Origin: Candidatus Bathyarchaeota archaeon
GTDB taxonomy: Archaea; Thermoproteota; Bathyarchaeia; Bathyarchaeales; Bathycorpusculaceae
Assembly: GCA_963775895.1 (NCBI GenBank)
Contig: CAVZKL010000004.1
Location: forward strand, 1-10,592
Length of the DNA stretch: 10,592 bases
Reading direction: 5' to 3'
The position numbers were made by a program, and so were the translations under genes. The notes under the pieces were generated by a model that saw nothing but the letters and a program-made list of their open reading frames with translations, ran no database searches and had not been told where the DNA came from. How positions within the stretch are numbered: position 1 is the first letter of the stretch; each line of letters starts with the position of its first letter. Positions 7,208-10,592 of this stretch are shown here, piece by piece.

Positions 7208-7856
7208 TTGGTTGAGATGGATTCGAACTGGGATAGGTATTATTCAACGTTGAAGCGAGTGCCGAGAAGGTTGAGGGTTACTGCTCAGTTCGTTGTGGAC
7301 GCGGTGTCTGTTTTCAAGAAGCATGGGGTCAAGAAGGTTTTGGATTTGGGCTGTGGTGCGGGTAGACACTCTGTTTTGCTTGGGGGCAACGGTTTTGAGG
7401 TTATCGGCATGGACGTTTCGAGGAACGCGTTGAGGATGGCGGGACGGTGGGTTCGGAGGGAGAGACTGGAGAGCGTCGACGTTTGTGGTTGCGGCGATGA
7501 CTAACATTCCGTTGATTGATCGTTGTGTGGATGCTGTCGTCAGCGTCAGCGTTATGCATCACGCGTTGAAGAAGGATGTGGTGACGAGCGTGAAGGAGGT
7601 TTACAGGATTCTCGGCGGGAATGGGTGGTTCGTGGCGAACTTGGCTTCGGTGAACGATCCGCGGTACGGAACGGGCAGAATGTTGGAGAAGAACACTTTT
7701 TGGATTCTGGAAGGTTACGAGGAGAAACGCTTCGGGGAAGTCCATCACTTTCTCACGAAGGCTGAGGCATTCAGGTTGCTGAACGCTTTTTCCAGAAGGG
7801 ACGTTACCGTTCTGGAGGACAAGACCAATTACTGGAAAGTAGTGGCCGTCAAATAG
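7208..7856 (+). pseudogene. Class I SAM-dependent methyltransferase split by an apparent +1 frameshift near 7478-7481
   Basis: N-half has VLDLGCGAGRH (motif I) and VIGMDVS. C-half has AMTNIPL..VDAVVSVSVMHH..EVYRILGGNG. Deleting one G in gtcgacgttt joins the halves into one ~215-aa protein. GGGAGG RBS upstream. Confidence 0.82.
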
Positions 7857-7882
7857 TCGGGCGGCTCGTGTTGGAGGCTGCT

Positions 7883-7991
7883 TATTCGCTGAAAAAAAGC
7901 TTATTGTGTACCTCCCCCTCCTCGTTTCAATGTATCGTGAATATTAGGATCCAAATATGCCCGGTGCAGGATGTTTGACGAGCGCGCGCTG
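7883..7991 (-). repeat. Non-coding element, copy 2 (inverted relative to 1450-1559)
   Basis: Reverse complement reads aacatcctgcaccgggcatatttggatcctaatattcacgatacattgaaacgaggagggggaggtacacaataagctttttttcagcgaata, matching 1466-1559 with 5 mismatches and 1 indel. Confidence 0.95.
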
Positions 7992-8124
7992 TTGGGTTAT
8001 TCTGGCTGTTTATCGTGTTCGTCGTTCTTCATTTTGTTTTGACATGCATATTCTTAGCAGTTAGGATAGGCTAAGAACTTTCGGATTCGAGTTGCGGCGA
8101 AATTGCTCGGAACGAACTGAAAAC

Positions 8125-9765
8125 TCAAGCTTCCATGTTAGAAAGGAGTTTCTTTACGCCTCGCATGCAGTAAGAACGCGTGAGAATGAGAATGACTGTG
8201 CCAACGACCACCGTCAAAATAGTGGACAACAAGATTGATCCCATAGAGCCTCCGCCCAATGGCGAGGAGAATCCAGTCACTAGGTACACTGTCAACGGCG
8301 CAATAGTCGCCAAAGTCGCCAGTCCTCCTATAGTGAAGGCCATAATGAATCCTGTAAAAGTGAGGTATCTTGCTCTAGGCCCGACGGTGAAATTGGGATA
8401 ACGCGAACCTGCCCCAAGACCCACATATCCTTGTACGAATACATTGAAGATCACCGCAATCAAGGTAGCGAAGAACAGCAGCGCCGAAAGAGGAGCCAGA
8501 AACTGCAGCAGCAAAGCAATCACCAAGACTCCTACGCCTGAAATGACCCATGAAAGAAAGAGCTTCCCCTTCACAAACTCGTCAACTGATATAGGAAGCA
8601 TGTAGATGTTAGCGATCGATCTTCCCTCTTGCCCTATGGAAATGGAGGAGAGCATCATCGGCATGATAAAAGATGCTTCAGCCATTAGAACCAAACCTAC
8701 ACCTGACAATGCCTTACTTGCTCTCTCTCCACTTGTCAACGCGGGGATAAAGGAAGCCACTACGAGCATAACTGGAATGGCAAGAAACCTCGCCATATCC
8801 CTCCGTCTAGCAAGAGACCTCAACTCCTTCAAGGCTAATGCAAACGCTGTTGGATCCAGCCACCAAAAAGACTCAGCTTTGGGCGTGTAGACGGTTGAAG
8901 TGGACACCGTAATGGTGACGGGCACTGGCGACCAGTACTTGGCTCTGAGTCTGGCTGCACCCTCAAAAATCACCAACGTGAACAAAAGAGAAAGCAACGT
9001 AAACGCGGTGGTCCTCACCGCGTCGGGAACAAGGGAAGATGCGACGGCAACTGAAGGCCAGATCACAGGCACAACCCAAGCCACATTGACGCCGTAGACA
9101 ATGCTTGAGAGTGCGGTGTAAAGAATGTAAGGGTTAAAGGCTATTTGCACCGCGACGAGTAACACGACAACGAGGACAATGCGAAGGATAACACCGAGCC
9201 TTCCGCTCTTCTTGTAAAGACCAGAGGATATACGGTTCATCACCGCCCTCAAAGCCTCAACGAGCACAGCTCCCCAGATGAAGGCAAGGAGCGTTATCGC
9301 GACGAAAAAGGGAACAACCCACAGCATACCAAGGCTCATGGCGAGAGGTATAGCGACCCCGAGACTAAAACACAGAACTGGCGAGTAAGCGAACTCCAAT
9401 GAACAGCTGGAGGCTACAATGTATTCGTTCGGAGATACTGGAAGCCAGTTCACTGCTTCGCTCGTAGAGAGGCTTGTGGTCTGCCCAAGCTCAAAGAGTA
9501 TACCCGCCAAAAGCACAGCCGAAGTAAGGATAACAGGCAAAACAATGAGCGCCTGCATTTCAAGCGTTCGAACGGCGCTCGCATATTCACTTGGAATCAA
9601 GGGGAGCATATAAGAAAGCAACCCTAATGGAGTCAAGAAAACGATTGCATCTAAAATGACCAGTGCGATGGGTCTAGAAAGGAAGCTCCTGCCCCGACGG
9701 CTGCTCGCTCTGAAATATGATTTGTAGAGAACACTTGCAAGGCTAAGGATCGTTGATCGATTCAA
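8125..9765 (-). CDS. ABC-2-type exporter permease (large, ~12-14 TM, internally duplicated)
   Basis: 546 aa, highly hydrophobic. Twin motifs WLPVSPNEY and MLPISVDEFVKGK, plus LALKELRSLARR. Its TTG start overlaps the ATPase TGA stop (TTGA at 9765-9762). Confidence 0.85.
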   Translation of the reverse strand: MNRSTILSLASVLYKSYFRASSRRGRSFLSRPIALVILDAIVFLTPLGLLSYMLPLIPSEYASAVRTLEMQALIVLPVILTSAVLLAGILFELGQTTSLSTSEAVNWLPVSPNEYIVASSCSLEFAYSPVLCFSLGVAIPLAMSLGMLWVVPFFVAITLLAFIWGAVLVEALRAVMNRISSGLYKKSGRLGVILRIVLVVVLLVAVQIAFNPYILYTALSSIVYGVNVAWVVPVIWPSVAVASSLVPDAVRTTAFTLLSLLFTLVIFEGAARLRAKYWSPVPVTITVSTSTVYTPKAESFWWLDPTAFALALKELRSLARRRDMARFLAIPVMLVVASFIPALTSGERASKALSGVGLVLMAEASFIMPMMLSSISIGQEGRSIANIYMLPISVDEFVKGKLFLSWVISGVGVLVIALLLQFLAPLSALLFFATLIAVIFNVFVQGYVGLGAGSRYPNFTVGPRARYLTFTGFIMAFTIGGLATLATIAPLTVYLVTGFSSPLGGGSMGSILLSTILTVVVGTVILILTRSYCMRGVKKLLSNMEA

Positions 9766-10535
9766 AGACGTAAGGCCTCTACGATCTTTTCAGCGTCTTC
9801 GCTACCGGTGAGCTTCAGGAATATATCCTCCAACGTCGAGCCAGGCATGCCTGCTTTTGCCCTCAGTTCTTGCATTGTCCCCTCAGCTATGATGCTCCCT
9901 TCATTCAATATCGTAATCTTGCTGCACACGGCCTCAGCGATTTCCAAGACATGGGTACTAAAGATGATTGTGACGCCTTCCCCGGCAAGGCGCTGAAGGA
10001 TATCCTTGACGATCCTAGCCGATCGGGGGTCCAGACCGTTCAATGGTTCGTCCAAGATCAAGGCTTTGGGTCGATGAAGCAGAGCCGCTGTGAACGCTAT
10101 CTTCTGCCGCATGCCTTGAGAGAAACCAGCCATGACTTCATTGATTTGTTCATTCATCTGCAAAGCCTGAAGAAGCTCATCAACCCTCTCCCGCCTGCTC
10201 TTCAGGTCGATGTGATATGCCGTGCCCACGAAGTCAAGGTATTCCGAAGCCGTCAGGTATTCGTAGAGATAGGGAAATTCTGGAACATAGCCCACGAGCT
10301 TCTTGGCCTCGACGGGTTGCCGCAGCACGTCTATGCCGCAGAGGCTTATTTTACCGTAGTCGGGCCTGACTATGCCCATCACCATCTTCATGGTTGTGCT
10401 CTTCCCTGATCCGTTTGGACCGAGAAGACCATGTATTTCCCCTGGTGCCACGGACAATGTCAGGTCTCTTACTGCCACCTTATCGCCAAAAGATTTCTTC
10501 ACAGATTCGAGCGTTATTCCTTCCATTGGCGTCAC
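9762..10535 (-). CDS. ABC transporter ATP-binding protein (CcmA/DrrA-like exporter ATPase)
   Basis: Walker A GPNGSGKS, signature FSQGM, Walker B LILDEP, H-loop STH and C-terminal LEDIFL. Start may be GTG 10535 or ATG 10526. Confidence 0.95.
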   Translation of the reverse strand: MTPMEGITLESVKKSFGDKVAVRDLTLSVAPGEIHGLLGPNGSGKSTTMKMVMGIVRPDYGKISLCGIDVLRQPVEAKKLVGYVPEFPYLYEYLTASEYLDFVGTAYHIDLKSRRERVDELLQALQMNEQINEVMAGFSQGMRQKIAFTAALLHRPKALILDEPLNGLDPRSARIVKDILQRLAGEGVTIIFSTHVLEIAEAVCSKITILNEGSIIAEGTMQELRAKAGMPGSTLEDIFLKLTGSEDAEKIVEALRL

Positions 10536-10592
10536 AAATCTTCCTTTTGTTTCTATGCAGTCCCAAAACTATTAATCAACACTTATTAAGAT

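Noticed and set aside
1450-7991. Composite transposon or IS bounded by terminal inverted repeats
   Set aside because: No transposase or integrase inside or nearby, no target-site duplication that I could identify, and the cargo looks like ordinary chromosomal genes. A non-autonomous origin is not fully excluded.
9870-10409. 179-aa + strand ORF and other short ORFs antisense to mttB and the ABC genes
   Set aside because: Antisense shadows of strongly supported genes.

Overview
Archaeal chromosomal window. TATA-box promoters, a PEF-CTERM-like tail, AlaX-M and a non-pyrrolysine MttB make Bathyarchaeia a plausible but unproven source. Gene order: secreted 8-repeat PQQ-like beta-propeller (-), AlaX editing protein (+), RsmB/NOP m5C RNA methyltransferase (-), membrane zinc-ribbon protein (+), membrane bPH-domain protein (-), MttB-family methyltransferase (-), frameshifted membrane/zinc-finger gene (+), frameshifted class I SAM methyltransferase (+), ABC permease and ATPase (-). 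The feature the genes do not explain is a ~94-110 bp non-coding element in two inverted copies (core 1466-1559 and 7883-7975, about 94% identical) bracketing ~6.3 kb with no recombinase or transposase. Each copy carries an 18-bp near-palindrome, a GAAAC+G-string motif and a T-tract. The DNA between them shows a mirror-image strand bias: the + strand is C/A-rich next to the left copy, balanced in the middle and G/T-rich next to the right copy, regardless of gene direction.
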